Positions 27,462 through 36,900 of a stretch of DNA of 64,000 nucleotides are shown here, piece by piece. Position 1 is the stretch's first letter. Every line of letters begins with the position of its first letter. This stretch comes from a virus (lineage: Duplodnaviria > Caudoviricetes). The notes beneath the pieces were generated by a model. It did no database searches. It was not told the DNA's origin and worked only from the letters and a program-made list of their open reading frames with translations. The DNA lies in the IMG/VR virus record IMGVR_UViG_3300028591_000127, positions 1-64,000 of that record, one strand, 5' to 3'. The position numbers and the translations under genes are program-made.

Positions 27462-29996
27462 TTAGATATTTAATTTAGCCTCTAAGGTAGGCGCACAAGT
27501 ATTAAGTTGTGAATTAGCAGGTCCTGTAGCACGGATTGTTCTAACTACTGATCCAGTTTCAAGAGGAATACGTCCAATAGCAGTAAAGAGTCTAGTCTTT
27601 CCATCAGAGAGTCCAGACGTTGTAATACCTGCTTTTACTTGATATCCTTCACCTAAGTTATTACTGCTAGCGGGATCTGTTGTAGAACCAAAAGGAGTAT
27701 AAGGATATCTTCTCTTAGGAACCCCATCAAGTGAGGCGCCTGTATGGGTAGCATATTTATACTCTGAAACCCAGCTAAAGTCAGTATTAGTAGTGATAGG
27801 AGATCCAGGTAGAATCCATTCTGTTGGATCGGGTTGATAATAGAGATCGATACCAGTAGTAACTCCGCTACTTACATTATTTACAACTTCTATACCACCA
27901 TTCCAATAATTAAGTCTATCACTACCAAAGTTAATTCCGTCATAAAGGGAGGTAACAGTATAGATTGTAAGTTGGTAATCTTTTGATACTCTTTCATAAC
28001 CAGTTTCTATTCCTTCAACGGGATCTTCATAGAACTTAGCTACGATAGTATCAACTCTACCAACAGTAAGATTAGTCATTTTGCTATTTTCATCCAAGGC
28101 CACACTAAGGACTCCATCTCCATAATACCAATAGTAGGTATTGCCATAGAAGTCAAAGTAGTTCATTGTTCCTCCAGTTATTGAGGAAGACAGTACACCA
28201 ATCTCATTAGCATAGGACAGTGCCATTTGAGCTTCCATAACTGGACTAGCGGGCCAACCTTGATTCAGAATATCCCTCCACTTAACTTGAGGATCGTCTT
28301 CATTTGTGGCCCCCTCAGTAGTATCAATAGTGTAATAAATGTTAGCGATGTCATCAAACGAGGCAAAGTGGTTAGTGTCACTAGATCCATCTTCAACACA
28401 GGTATATTTTACACCACCATTTATCAGAACATTTTTGAAACTATCTTCATTAGTTAGAACACTGATTTCTTGTCCTTGGTCATGGGAACTCCAAAAATTC
28501 TTATTCTCAGCCTTTAATCTTTCTAATGAAATCATAGTAGACAGAGCTCTCCAGGATCCTTCATGATAGGTCATACTTTCACCTATTCTTGATTTCTCTC
28601 CGGCTTCCACCTGGCTAAGTCCTGTTCTCGGATAGGTTCTATTTCTATTATTGAAGATAGAAATATTCTGATGAAGACCATCTTGTCCTTTACATCTTGT
28701 ACTAGTTCTATATAGATAATAGAAGCACCTACTTTGTTCTGTTAGGCCATTGACGATAGTAGCACAAGAGTCAGGAGATATGGCAAAGGGATTAACTTTA
28801 TTGTCGGAGCTGATAGTGATTCCATCCCAAATTGTAGGATTTTTAAAGAGTCCTATCCAAACTTTATTGCTATTACCGAGTTCTTCATCGAGCAGGTATA
28901 TAGTTTCTGGATAACCTACGCCGATAGTATATTTTGTTTCGGTAGTTTCCCAGGGTCTAACTTTGTGAGTAACGGCATGGAAAGTCTCTCCATTAGTTGA
29001 AGTATAGATTGTTCTGGGATCTTCACCATTAGCAATAAGCTCCTTATCAATAGCCCACTCAGCATCAGGATCGAAGCCTCCATCATAAGCTTCTATAGGT
29101 TCGTAGGCTATATTTTCTGAATCATAGGTATAAAAAGTATAGTCGTCACCGAAACACTCATTATATTGCTCAACTGTAATCCCAACAGCAGGTACAAAGT
29201 TTCCGGTTGTTTTTGATCTAAGGAAGTTTGCTGGATTCAATATAGCAACTGGAACAGTACCATTAGAAGAGCTGTTATCTGAGGTATCCAACAAGTATGC
29301 AGACATTTTATTAAGCAGAGAACTATCACCAGAATCGATAGTAAGAGTAGTGAGACTAGTATTAGGCCCAAAACTACCTGCGTAATAAGCTGAGGAACTA
29401 AGTCTTTGAATCTCTTCACTGTTTCTTTCAACAACTTCAACAAGACTGGCAGGTGCAGCACCAATATTGGTCCTAGCTTGTGCCTGTTCTTCATCTGTTA
29501 GTGTTTGTGGCGTCTTTCGAAGCGCTGTTATAATCAGATTTTCTTCTACATCGCCAGCATCATCACCTGTGGGAGATGACGTTATAAAACTTTGTGTTGC
29601 AATACTGTTGGATATTGGGTTTTCAGAGGTAGCGTCCAAAGCAGTATCTACACTAAGACTCTTTTCCCATGCGGTAGGATCAGAGAATGTTTTAGTAGAG
29701 TCAGAATAAGTCCAATCTTCAACTTTTCCTGAGCTCCCTTTAAATTTAATGTTTGTTCCAAGTACCTTATCCTTATCGAGCAAGGCAATGGAAATCTTAT
29801 CAAGTGCTGTATTAAGACTATAACAAGAATCTCCAATAGGCCAACCATTAGGCCAAATAGAGTCAATGTTATACTCGTTAATAAGTGATGTTAAGTCGAC
29901 TCCTAGTTCTGGATGTCCTACAGCATCCGTAGCAGTTGCAGGCCAGATTGTTTGTCCAGATCTTAATATCGCATGTATTTCTTTCTTATTACTCAT
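27462..29996 (-). CDS. Putative fibre/structural protein (844 aa)
   Basis: VDTALDATSENPISN and QTLTDEEQAQARTNIGA fibre-type motifs. Confidence 0.6.
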   Translation of the reverse strand: MSNKKEIHAILRSGQTIWPATATDAVGHPELGVDLTSLINEYNIDSIWPNGWPIGDSCYSLNTALDKISIALLDKDKVLGTNIKFKGSSGKVEDWTYSDSTKTFSDPTAWEKSLSVDTALDATSENPISNSIATQSFITSSPTGDDAGDVEENLIITALRKTPQTLTDEEQAQARTNIGAAPASLVEVVERNSEEIQRLSSSAYYAGSFGPNTSLTTLTIDSGDSSLLNKMSAYLLDTSDNSSSNGTVPVAILNPANFLRSKTTGNFVPAVGITVEQYNECFGDDYTFYTYDSENIAYEPIEAYDGGFDPDAEWAIDKELIANGEDPRTIYTSTNGETFHAVTHKVRPWETTETKYTIGVGYPETIYLLDEELGNSNKVWIGLFKNPTIWDGITISSDNKVNPFAISPDSCATIVNGLTEQSRCFYYLYRTSTRCKGQDGLHQNISIFNNRNRTYPRTGLSQVEAGEKSRIGESMTYHEGSWRALSTMISLERLKAENKNFWSSHDQGQEISVLTNEDSFKNVLINGGVKYTCVEDGSSDTNHFASFDDIANIYYTIDTTEGATNEDDPQVKWRDILNQGWPASPVMEAQMALSYANEIGVLSSSITGGTMNYFDFYGNTYYWYYGDGVLSVALDENSKMTNLTVGRVDTIVAKFYEDPVEGIETGYERVSKDYQLTIYTVTSLYDGINFGSDRLNYWNGGIEVVNNVSSGVTTGIDLYYQPDPTEWILPGSPITTNTDFSWVSEYKYATHTGASLDGVPKRRYPYTPFGSTTDPASSNNLGEGYQVKAGITTSGLSDGKTRLFTAIGRIPLETGSVVRTIRATGPANSQLNTCAPTLEAKLNI

Positions 29997-30591
29997 AAAT
30001 TATCTCGAAATAATCGCAAATCCCTTTAACCATAATGTTAGCCAGAGTCTGTTTACCATTATCAGATAAGAGAAATTCTACTTCTTTCTTATTAGTCATA
30101 AATAGGTTTTCAACGAGAATGGCTGGCATACTTGTTTTTCCTAAGACTGTAAGATTAGCTTTCCAATAGAGTTTTCCTGTTTCTTGCGTTCTTACCCTAA
30201 GTCCTTCCTGTCTAGCGTGATTAGCTGTTAGAGATGCCAATTTCTTAGACTCACTACTCGCTCTTGGTGAAACAAAGACTGACCAACCATTAGAGTTTGT
30301 CCATCCTTCACCTCTATCAGCATCAACATGAATACTTAAGAATATAATTTTCTCTTTTGGGTTATTCTTAGCAATTTCATTAGCTCGAATACATCTTTTT
30401 AAGAGTCCAATTTCAGGACCCTCATCTTCTCTTATATAGGTTGTTCTCTGATGTTTGATCCCTAGGCTATCGAGTTGGTTTTCTATTATCCTACAAACCT
30501 CTCTTGCCCAGCGATATTCTCTTAGTCTTCCGTCAGGACTTCTTTTTCCTGCAACTTTCCCATTATGTCCGGGATCCAGAATTACCATCAT
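29989..30591 (-). CDS. N-acetylmuramoyl-L-alanine amidase (Amidase_3), probable endolysin
   Basis: ILDPGH..E, SIHVDA, MPAILVENLFMTN zinc-amidase motifs; start placed at MMVILD to avoid overlap. Confidence 0.9.
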   Translation of the reverse strand: MMVILDPGHNGKVAGKRSPDGRLREYRWAREVCRIIENQLDSLGIKHQRTTYIREDEGPEIGLLKRCIRANEIAKNNPKEKIIFLSIHVDADRGEGWTNSNGWSVFVSPRASSESKKLASLTANHARQEGLRVRTQETGKLYWKANLTVLGKTSMPAILVENLFMTNKKEVEFLLSDNGKQTLANIMVKGICDYFEIIYE

Positions 30592-30595
30592 ATAA

Positions 30596-31663
30596 TCACT
30601 TGATTTCGATGATTGTTGAGGCAGCATTAATTTGTCTGAGACTTCTATAGTATCTATAGCTGCTAGTTTGTCCTTCTCCTCTAACAGAGATTGAAGTTCC
30701 AGATATCCAATCAGTATCACGTACTCCATCAACCCAGACACTTTTATTTGGGTTATAGTAAGCATCTGGAATTAGTATATAGATATATTTTCCGCCAGTG
30801 GTATCAATATCCAAGAGTTTTCCATTTAGATAGGTGTCAGGGTCCATAATAAACTCATTAGCAAAACCCGCCTCAATTGGGTCAAAGCCGAGGATTTCTG
30901 ACATCGATATAGTATTAGTCAGGGCCCCATAGTATAATTTTCTTCTATATCTGACTGTTAAGGATTCTGAGCCACTAACTAGGTTCTCATTATTTACACC
31001 ACCGACAGTAAATACAATATCCCCCGGAACTTGAAGACCAGTATAGTCACCTGCTGTCCAAGTCTTATAACCATTACTATCAACAGTTATGGTTCCAAAA
31101 TCTCCAATAGATGACCCACCAACAGTAACACTCATTGTGTTTGTATCTGTAGGACAAGCGACAATATTACCATTCACAAGTCTTCTCGTATTCCAGGTTA
31201 ATACTGGAAAGAAGCTAAGGCCTGGCTCTACTATAACATTTGTTGACCCACTTGGTATTGTGATATATCCAGTACCGGGAGAATTAGCAGAAATTGTTAG
31301 GTCACTTATAATAATAGGGTAGAGTTCAGCCCTAATTTGTTTTAAGGCCGTATCAATCTGACTGTCCTTAGTATTATTCTCTTCCAGTACTTGCAATAAC
31401 AGACTAAGTGCTACTGATCTGCTATTGGCATTTGCAGTATCAGTTATATCATCCGCCAAGAGCTTTCTGAACTTACCTGTAACCTGGTTTGAGGCATTAG
31501 AAGAGTTATAAACATATTTAATATCTCCAATCATAACCTCAAATCCATCAGGTACAGGAGTTGTCCAGTTTGCCAAATCATTCAAACTCTTAGCCATATT
31601 TTGTCTCTCATCGAGGAATCTTTTCCCTTCATAGAGAAAGTTTGTACCAATCGTTGAAGGCAT
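30596..31663 (-). CDS. Hypothetical virion protein (355 aa)
   Basis: ORF track. Confidence 0.6.
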   Translation of the reverse strand: MPSTIGTNFLYEGKRFLDERQNMAKSLNDLANWTTPVPDGFEVMIGDIKYVYNSSNASNQVTGKFRKLLADDITDTANANSRSVALSLLLQVLEENNTKDSQIDTALKQIRAELYPIIISDLTISANSPGTGYITIPSGSTNVIVEPGLSFFPVLTWNTRRLVNGNIVACPTDTNTMSVTVGGSSIGDFGTITVDSNGYKTWTAGDYTGLQVPGDIVFTVGGVNNENLVSGSESLTVRYRRKLYYGALTNTISMSEILGFDPIEAGFANEFIMDPDTYLNGKLLDIDTTGGKYIYILIPDAYYNPNKSVWVDGVRDTDWISGTSISVRGEGQTSSYRYYRSLRQINAASTIIEIK

Positions 31664-31666
31664 AAT

Positions 31667-33190
31667 TTATAAAATCTCATTAATATTAGTGATGACATTA
31701 GTATCAAAGCCTACAATCATAGCTAGGGCTGTTCCATTCCACTGAAATAGTTGGGTGTCAATATAGTAGATTTGAGCTTTAACGACTGGATCTGTAATAT
31801 AACTTCCATTATAATATTTGTTTATATCTTTTATCCAGAATTTCTTCGTGCTACCAGTCGGGATAGCTGATGAAGAATTAACAAATCCACCATCAAGGTA
31901 AAGAATAATGTCATCACCATCAATACCAGTTGTTTCATCGAGCAGTGTTTTATCTATTTTACCCCTATCATTAAGAACCAGCAAACCTCCTGCCTCATTC
32001 TTGCCTTCCCACGCTTCAATCAAGGCGTTAGCATCGAGCTTAGAGAAAGAGTTGATATAGTCTGGATCATTAATATCAACAAATACTAATTCTTGCTTAA
32101 AGTCATTAATAGATACAGCTGCCTTCTTGACATAAACGTAATAGTATAGACCCTGTTCTTCAAAATAAATCTCTGAACAAATATAATCATCAATATAATC
32201 CATACTATTATCATCAAGAATATGCAGAAGACTACCAAAATATTTAGGGGTAGCAAATACAACAGCTTGATTAGTAAGATCTTTATGTTCCCAGGCGAAA
32301 TTTCTATCTTTTACACAGAGGGACTTTTCAAGATTGCCAAGGAGAGATTCTGTTGGGTTAGACCAATTATCAAGATCTTCCTCTCCCACTAAACCATAGT
32401 AAATATAGTCACCGAACCAAATAGTGCAAGATCCTTCAGAAACAGCCTTAAACGTTGTTCCCGGGAGAGTATGACTAGCCTTTATTGTTATCTCCTGCGT
32501 TTCTGAAATATTCTCGATAGTCCAAGTATTTCCCTCTATTACTGTGTCGTTGTGAGTAAGTACAACCTCATTTGTAACATCCTCTCCGTCTCTAGTAGTG
32601 ACTGTTATACTTAGAGGGACATTAGTCAAAGTTCTAGCAGAATAAAGATATACACCGTCAGTTGGGGCTACATTTACTTCTAAGTTGCTATATTTGATTA
32701 GAAATTCTACTGTATCCTCTACGAAATTTTGATTAAAGAAATCATCCTCACGTTTCAAGGATCCATTATTATAGAACCATCTATAACCAGTTCCAAGGTC
32801 AACAAAAGTTATTGACTCTGTTTCAGTAATCTCCTCAATGACTCTTTCTGTCCCTGTCTCATCAATATAAACGTAGTTCCAAACACCATTAACTTTTGTA
32901 ATATATCTCTCACCGTGTATTAAGACAGAAACGTCAGGAAGAAGTTCTGTTATTCCTGTTACAGTAACTTCATTGCCTACAGTCAATACTCTATAGTATT
33001 CTTCACCAATACCGTCCCCAATACCAAGAGCTACAATTATTCCTATCGTGCCTCTAAAATCAGGAACTTCTTTAGTGTATTTTACCATTACGACCTCACC
33101 TTTATGAAACTCATATTCATTCAGTCTAAGGATCGCAACTCTTCTACTTGATTCGGTATACTGACTGCGTGATATTTGAATAGTACTCAT
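31667..33190 (-). CDS. Hypothetical virion protein (507 aa)
   Basis: ORF track. Confidence 0.6.
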   Translation of the reverse strand: MSTIQISRSQYTESSRRVAILRLNEYEFHKGEVVMVKYTKEVPDFRGTIGIIVALGIGDGIGEEYYRVLTVGNEVTVTGITELLPDVSVLIHGERYITKVNGVWNYVYIDETGTERVIEEITETESITFVDLGTGYRWFYNNGSLKREDDFFNQNFVEDTVEFLIKYSNLEVNVAPTDGVYLYSARTLTNVPLSITVTTRDGEDVTNEVVLTHNDTVIEGNTWTIENISETQEITIKASHTLPGTTFKAVSEGSCTIWFGDYIYYGLVGEEDLDNWSNPTESLLGNLEKSLCVKDRNFAWEHKDLTNQAVVFATPKYFGSLLHILDDNSMDYIDDYICSEIYFEEQGLYYYVYVKKAAVSINDFKQELVFVDINDPDYINSFSKLDANALIEAWEGKNEAGGLLVLNDRGKIDKTLLDETTGIDGDDIILYLDGGFVNSSSAIPTGSTKKFWIKDINKYYNGSYITDPVVKAQIYYIDTQLFQWNGTALAMIVGFDTNVITNINEIL

Positions 33191-33199
33191 TCTTTTTAA

Positions 33200-33916
33200 T
33201 TACTTTTTACCCGCAGAAGAGATAGCTGTTATTCTGGGGATAAAGGTATTATGAATTAAATCCTCATCATACACTATCGCCTTCTCTGTACTATCGTTCG
33301 TCCACTCAATTACTATGAATCCAATAGGTCTTCTTACGCCGGGAACACTAATAAAAGATTGTTTTCTAGACTTATCAGTTTCAGAGACTAATTCATAAAT
33401 TCCACGATATTTACGTCTAAAATCAACATCTCTTGCCCCGTTGCAGTTGAGGACTTCTCCGTCTTGAAGTTTAGAGAAGAATTCAGTGTACATTGAGGTA
33501 TTTACATTCTGATAATATCTTCCTGGGATTTCAGGAATACCGTATCGAGGTATACACTTCATCAAGTCAAAGAACTTAAATGGCATACCTTCTAGGTTTT
33601 CTTCAGAATTATGATATTCAAAATAAAGTATTCTATCAGCTCCAACTGTAGCCCTAAGCTCAGATAAGATTGGAGTAAGTTCGGTCATATAGACTTCTTG
33701 CCAATGCATCTTTTCATTATGAATATCTTCACAAATAGCATTAACAAATTCTATGACCCCTTTAGTAACAGATCTTATGTTGATAATACCAATAAATAGT
33801 ATAATCATGATTAACCACAGTATAGCCCGTCGAATACCTACCTTTTCATCAAGTTCCAAGATAAAGTTTTTCAACGAGACTAATGCTGTAGTTAGAGAGT
33901 GCAAAAACAATTCCAT
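33200..33916 (-). CDS. Putative holin (single TM helix plus soluble GAF-like domain, T4 T-like architecture)
   Basis: Hydrophobic AILWLIMIILFIGII, then GADRILYFEYHN...PIGFIVIEW; near the amidase. Confidence 0.5.
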   Translation of the reverse strand: MELFLHSLTTALVSLKNFILELDEKVGIRRAILWLIMIILFIGIINIRSVTKGVIEFVNAICEDIHNEKMHWQEVYMTELTPILSELRATVGADRILYFEYHNSEENLEGMPFKFFDLMKCIPRYGIPEIPGRYYQNVNTSMYTEFFSKLQDGEVLNCNGARDVDFRRKYRGIYELVSETDKSRKQSFISVPGVRRPIGFIVIEWTNDSTEKAIVYDEDLIHNTFIPRITAISSAGKK

Positions 33917-33920
33917 TTCA

Positions 33921-36900
33921 TTAATTAATTAATGCTGTTATATTAGGTGAAGGGCTAGTATAACGATTATTACCAGATGCTGACACATATCCTGCCGTTC
34001 CTGCTGTGGCTGCATAAGAAGCACCACTAGATCCTCCTCCTGTAACCCTAGACATAATGCCCGCAGCAGATTCAGCAAAAACATTTTTCGGTGTGGTATT
34101 TACGTCAGGTTCCTCATCCTGATAAACAGCGCTTTCTTCGGTTGATAAGATTTGATTAACTTCTTCTAAAACATCGCCAGAATACACATAAGAATATCCA
34201 ACTGCTGCTGGATCTGCACCAAGCTCACTTCTAACTGTTGTCATATTAAGTGGTGTAGTTCCGTCTTGAATCAGCGAATATACGCTTTTACCGCTATTAA
34301 ATCCTCCCTTCCAGGTATTACCGCCGAGGTTATTCCATTTTGTCCAATCAGAGTTTTCATTAGAGGATGCCCCCGCAGTCGTACTAGAGTTTACGCTATT
34401 TTTCTGTTTCAAAGCTATGTATCCTACGTATGTTTTTGCCGGTCTAAATATATTAAAACATACACGGCTTACTATATTACTATCTTTTACTTGTTTTAAT
34501 GATTTTCCCCAAGTTTCTCTAAAATAATAATCTTTCTTTAATTTGAAGTCAACTATAACAGATCCAACTAAGAAGCCTCCTTTTGAGTTGTCAACAACAT
34601 AGCCTGTTGGAATTGTATCAACAATTAGATCTTGACCTTCAGGTTCATCGCCTTCATAGATTAAGATACGTCCAACCTGTGTATGAGCAGAGTCAGGATT
34701 CCTGATAGCCCGGAGCGGATATCCAGGAATATTATTGACTATTTTTATCTTACTAATATCTATGATTTCTTCAAAGTTATACGGTGTGTTATCAGCCTTT
34801 AATGGAATATCACTACTAAATAAATCTTCTACCCCCTCCCAATCTATCACACTAATTGGAATAAGACCGTACTGTTGGAATAAGTACACAACTTGACATC
34901 CAGCATTCTTATGGGTTCCACTAAAATATAAGTCATAATAAACATCATATGCACCTTGACCATTTGTCTTAGATCTTCTATAATAGCACTCATTATTATT
35001 CCAAGTCGAAGTGTCTGTTGCTCCAGAGCTAGTTACGGGCCATGGTTTAAGTGCATATAAAAAGGATGACGGTGCATTATTATTATTAGCATAGCCGAAT
35101 TTAGCTGGCAGTTTAAGTTCTTTACCTTTCGTACTAAGTTGTCTGTAGATATTCATTTGTTTAGAATTACCTAATCCATCTCGAACACTTAAAGACAGGG
35201 GGCTTAGTGGAAATTTAGTAGAGAATCCATTAAGAGTTAAGCTACTATTATTATAGCCGTTATCTTTTCTTCTACCCTCAAAGCTTACATCAATACTATT
35301 ATTGGTTATTGTACTATCGTTAGTAGTATATTTAGTATCAATTCCGCTGTAGATATCAATGACGTCACCATTCAGCAAGACAGAATTATCATCAATATAA
35401 CTAGCAATCTTGTTATTATTGACAATAGCGATATTATTATTAACATCAAGTTTCTTAAGTCTGATAGGCAACGTTTTAGAAGTACCTGATCCACTTAAGG
35501 ACCTAATTATTAATTCAGCACCAGTATTTTCAAGATCCTCAGCAGTATCGTTCTTTTCTACAATATCCCCCGGAGCATAGAGTAATGAGATGATAACTGG
35601 CTCTCCATTAATTTTATGGCAATAGAATCTTTCATTTTTGTTTGTAGTGTCAAGCTCGTCAGGCTTTGTATTATCATAAAGACTAAATAGACCTCTTTTA
35701 TCCTTTAAAACAATCTGATAAGTTTCTTCAGAATTTGAACTATCAACCAAAAATCCATACAACCCAATATGACTAACATCAATATAATCTATTGGTTCCT
35801 CAGAGTCATTTTCTTTGTAAACTTTAATATCACTAATGGTGTTATTTTCTGGTTCTACAGATAGTAAGAGAGACTGCATTTTATCCCTGAAAAGCCAGGT
35901 TCTCCAGTCATCATTTTCAGTATCTCTTGAGTCGGTAAATCCTCTAAAGAAATCGAATTGATAAGTGAAGTATTCATCTTTTCTTCTAACTTTCTTATCT
36001 GCACTAATTAGAATACCGTCAGAGAGTGTAAATTCCTCTGAATAATAGTACCCGTTTGGGGATAGTATTGGGTCCGGAAGAATCTTATTAGAGCCTATAA
36101 TTTTTAAGTTGGGATCGTTATTGTTTCCTGGCAACCAATATGGTGTTTCTCTATCGTCTGAAGTTATAAAGATTCTCTTACTGGTATAATTATTTTCGTC
36201 ATTTCTTGTTAAGTACTCAAGACCATTAACTTTTCGATAAGTTTGGATAACTTTACCCTCATCATTCTCGACTAGCTCATCTTCAATAAATACGTTTAAT
36301 GGATTGATAGTTTTTTTACCTGCCAGATTAATTGTAAGAGTATCAAAATCCCTTTCTGTTACTCTAACCCAGCCTTTTTCTTGGTCTTCCGGAGCTGATA
36401 CTGTTAGTTTTATCTTTATATAAACATCCCCTAGTTTTTCAGGCCACCAAGCAGGCTCTGCACTAATTCTCCTCTTTATAGTTACTAAAAGGCCGGTTAG
36501 GGAGACAAGTCCCTGCGTTTGGTAGAATTCAAAACTTTTTCTCTGAGCAGTAACTAAGAGGTTATTTTTTATTGTATCACTACTATATTCAATCTCAATA
36601 GTAGGAAAGCCAGCAACACTATCTTGTCCTGTACTAGTATTTATGCCCACCTTTGCAAAACAGAGAGGCATAAATCCAATATTAAGATTAGTTATCTCGC
36701 CAATAGTATCAATAGGAATAGCAAAACTAGGAACAGCGACCCCATTAACAAAATTACCTAAGGTTCCGTCTTTAGGATTACAAGATACAACAGCAGCTTC
36801 ACCCGAACCAATAGAGCTATCTCCTAAAGTGTGTTGGATAGAAACAAGTCTTCTTACACTATCTTCTCCTGTAAGCTCTATAGGTACATCAGCGTAATAG

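Noticed and set aside
30592-30765. N-terminal extension of the amidase (likewise 55169-55285 and 24802-24882 for their genes)
   Set aside because: They overlap upstream genes, and better starts lie just after the upstream stops
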